IMG/VR virus record: IMGVR_UViG_2740892369_000021
DNA length: 6,219 bases
Strand: one strand, 5' to 3'
DNA from: a virus
Lineage: Duplodnaviria > Heunggongvirae > Uroviricota > Caudoviricetes
The notes under the pieces: model-generated
The model's database searches: none
Seen by the model: only the letters and a program-made list of their open reading frames with translations
What the model was told of the DNA's origin: nothing
Program-made: the position numbers and the translations under genes
Shown here: positions 5,203-6,219 of the stretch, in pieces
How the letters are laid out: the number at the start of each line of letters is the position of its first letter
Position numbering within the stretch: position 1 is the stretch's first letter

Positions 5203-5242
5203 GGGATTTTCTCGTCGAAAGGTGTGATTAAGAAAGTTGCCG

Positions 5243-5422
5243 CTAAATGAGCGGCTCTTCGGGTTTGCTTCCGGCTGACTGACTGGCGCTGATTTTCTCA
5301 GCGGCCCTTTTGTCAATCTGTCTGCGCCAGAAGTCACGCATGGCCCGGTATCCACCCGAAAGGAGATACAGCACACAGACCACCGTACAGAAGTACAGCA
5401 TTAACTGGTTCAGAAATGTCAT
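5243..5422 (-). CDS. Small membrane protein, 59 aa (N-terminal TM helix, basic then acidic tail)
   Basis: Hand-translated: MTFLNQLMLYFCTVVCVLYLLSGGYRAMRDFWRRQIDKRAAEKISASQSAGSKPEEPLI. SD-like GGAAAG upstream of ATG 5422. One residue under the apparent ORF-track size cutoff. Confidence 0.45.
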   Translation of the reverse strand: MTFLNQLMLYFCTVVCVLYLLSGGYRAMRDFWRRQIDKRAAEKISASQSAGSKPEEPLI

Positions 5423-5440
5423 AATTTCTTTCCGTTATTG

Positions 5441-5469
5441 TTGACAATAAGAACTGTTTTCATTAAAAA
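5441..5469 (+). promoter_or_regulatory. Candidate sigma70 promoter on the plus strand (-35 TTGACA 5441-5446, 17-bp spacer, -10 TAAAAA 5464-5469)
   Basis: Perfect -35 hexamer at ideal spacing; the -10 is weak and lacks the terminal T. Points away from the 59-aa ORF toward the plus-strand terminator. Confidence 0.3.
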
Positions 5470-5475
5470 ACCAGA

Positions 5476-5556
5476 GTACGAAAGTATCGTTCCTTTATTT
5501 TTTCTCCATAGGTATCACCACCGCCAGCGTCCATTCCTGTCGCTGGCGGTTTTTTT
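5476..5556 (+). ncRNA. Candidate small RNA of about 80 nt defined by the promoter and terminator pair; antisense to the region upstream of the 59-aa ORF
   Basis: No plus-strand ORF with a start codon lies between promoter and terminator. The terminator is orphan, on the strand opposite to every surrounding gene. Confidence 0.3.
5520..5556 (+). terminator. Strong intrinsic terminator on the plus strand
   Basis: ACCGCCAGCG-tccattcctgt-CGCTGGCGGT (perfect 9-10 bp GC-rich stem) followed by TTTTTTT (5550-5556). On the minus strand the same hairpin has no U-run after it. Confidence 0.65.
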
Positions 5557-5557
5557 A

Positions 5558-6219
5558 TCATGCCGCAGTGTCTGTGCTGTTCACTTCCACCACAATGCTG
5601 TCTATCAGTACCGGGTAAGTCGCATTCCTGGTAATGTCTGTCACATGCAGTTTATCCGCCGCAAATGCACTGACCGGTGACTGCGTCAGCGTGAACGGTG
5701 TGCCATCCTGACCATCAATAACCGGCGTCACCTGAAGGCTGTTATTCCCGGCAAAGCGGAAAGACAGCGTATGCCATTCGTTATCAAATGCGCCAAAGGT
5801 TCCCAGTTTCAGGTTGTTTGTCGCCACTTTCGCATTGTGGTACATCACATTCAGGTCTTTTGCATCTGTCTGGATGTAGAACGCTGCCAGCAGGTTATTC
5901 CCCCCGTCTCCGGTCAGGGCAACGCCCTGTGGCAGTGAAGATACCGGCCAGTAAAACGCCATAACATACTGGTTCGCAGCCAGCGCTCCCGAAACCTTAA
6001 AGCGGCAGCGAATCTGCCCCCCTTTCTGTAACAGAGCCGCACCGTTGCCCGCGGCGTACTCCAGCACCCAGCTGCTTTTACCGGCTTCCTTGGTCAGCTT
6101 CACTGCCTTACCTCCGGTTCCCTCCGCATCGCTGACCACTTCTGCCCTGCCGCCACTGGCTGACCATCCCTGTACTTTCAGGCTTCCCTCTGACTCGCTG
6201 GCAAGGTAAGAGAGCAGTG
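5558..6219 (-). CDS. C-terminal ~220 aa of a larger protein running off the window end; possible beta-sandwich/lectin-like domain of a cargo protein
   Basis: Minus frame is open from 6219 to the TGA at 5558-5560 (the ORF-track start at 6139 is an internal GTG). Sequence ...WHTLSFRFAGNNSLQVTPVIDGQDGTPFTLTQSPVSAF... Its position upstream of S is where Stx-type phages carry a large nanS-p-like esterase; that identity is a guess from position and composition. Confidence 0.6.
   Translation of the reverse strand, partial: LLSYLASESEGSLKVQGWSASGGRAEVVSDAEGTGGKAVKLTKEAGKSSWVLEYAAGNGAALLQKGGQIRCRFKVSGALAANQYVMAFYWPVSSLPQGVALTGDGGNNLLAAFYIQTDAKDLNVMYHNAKVATNNLKLGTFGAFDNEWHTLSFRFAGNNSLQVTPVIDGQDGTPFTLTQSPVSAFAADKLHVTDITRNATYPVLIDSIVVEVNSTDTAA

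Noticed and set aside
5203-5376. N-terminal extension of the 90-aa protein from GTG 5376
   Set aside because: The extension is Ser/Pro/Arg-rich and overlaps a better hydrophobic 59-aa ORF in another frame; ATG 5202 is the more plausible start, though not certain.
4980-5680. Plus-strand ORFs 4980..5180, 5012..5227 and 5438..5680
   Set aside because: The first two are antisense to the 90-aa gene. The third starts at TTG, reads straight through the plus-strand terminator hairpin and into the antisense of the large cargo gene.
1-6219. Stx toxin genes, bor, tRNA genes, integrase, transposase or IS elements
   Set aside because: Looked for because they are common in this part of lambdoid prophages; no matching ORFs, cloverleaf-like segments or terminal inverted repeats were seen.

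Overview
This window reads as the late (lysis) region of a lambdoid, phage-21/Stx-phage-like prophage from an enterobacterium, with nearly all genes on the minus strand. All calls come from reading the sequence and recalling protein-family signatures; no database search or folding program was run. In minus-strand order (high to low coordinate) the window holds: the C-terminal part of a large cargo protein running off the window end (5558..6219); a 59-aa membrane protein and a 90-aa acidic protein; an intrinsic terminator; the S21-type pinholin with dual start (4638..4853); a SAR endolysin (4100..4633); a terminator; a KilA-C/ANT-type antirepressor (3131..3826); two tightly packed small hydrophobic ORFs; Rz with embedded Rz1 (2435..2893, 2497..2682); a terminator; a Rha-family regulator (1707..2258); a lipoprotein that is essentially a lone TonB C-terminal domain (1035..1361); and an HNH endonuclease (296..661). 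A small ribbon-helix-helix-like protein lies on the plus strand (703..903). Below about 300 the sequence changes character: three 7-nt homopolymer tracts, then an open frame with a degenerate GGDEF-like pattern running off the window start. The most interesting candidates are the TonB_C lipoprotein with a Fur-box-like palindrome at its promoter, a possible type-I-toxin-like small membrane ORF opposed by an orphan plus-strand promoter/terminator pair, and the two unannotated hydrophobic mini-ORFs between the antirepressor and Rz. No Stx, bor, tRNA, integrase, transposase or CRISPR signal was seen.
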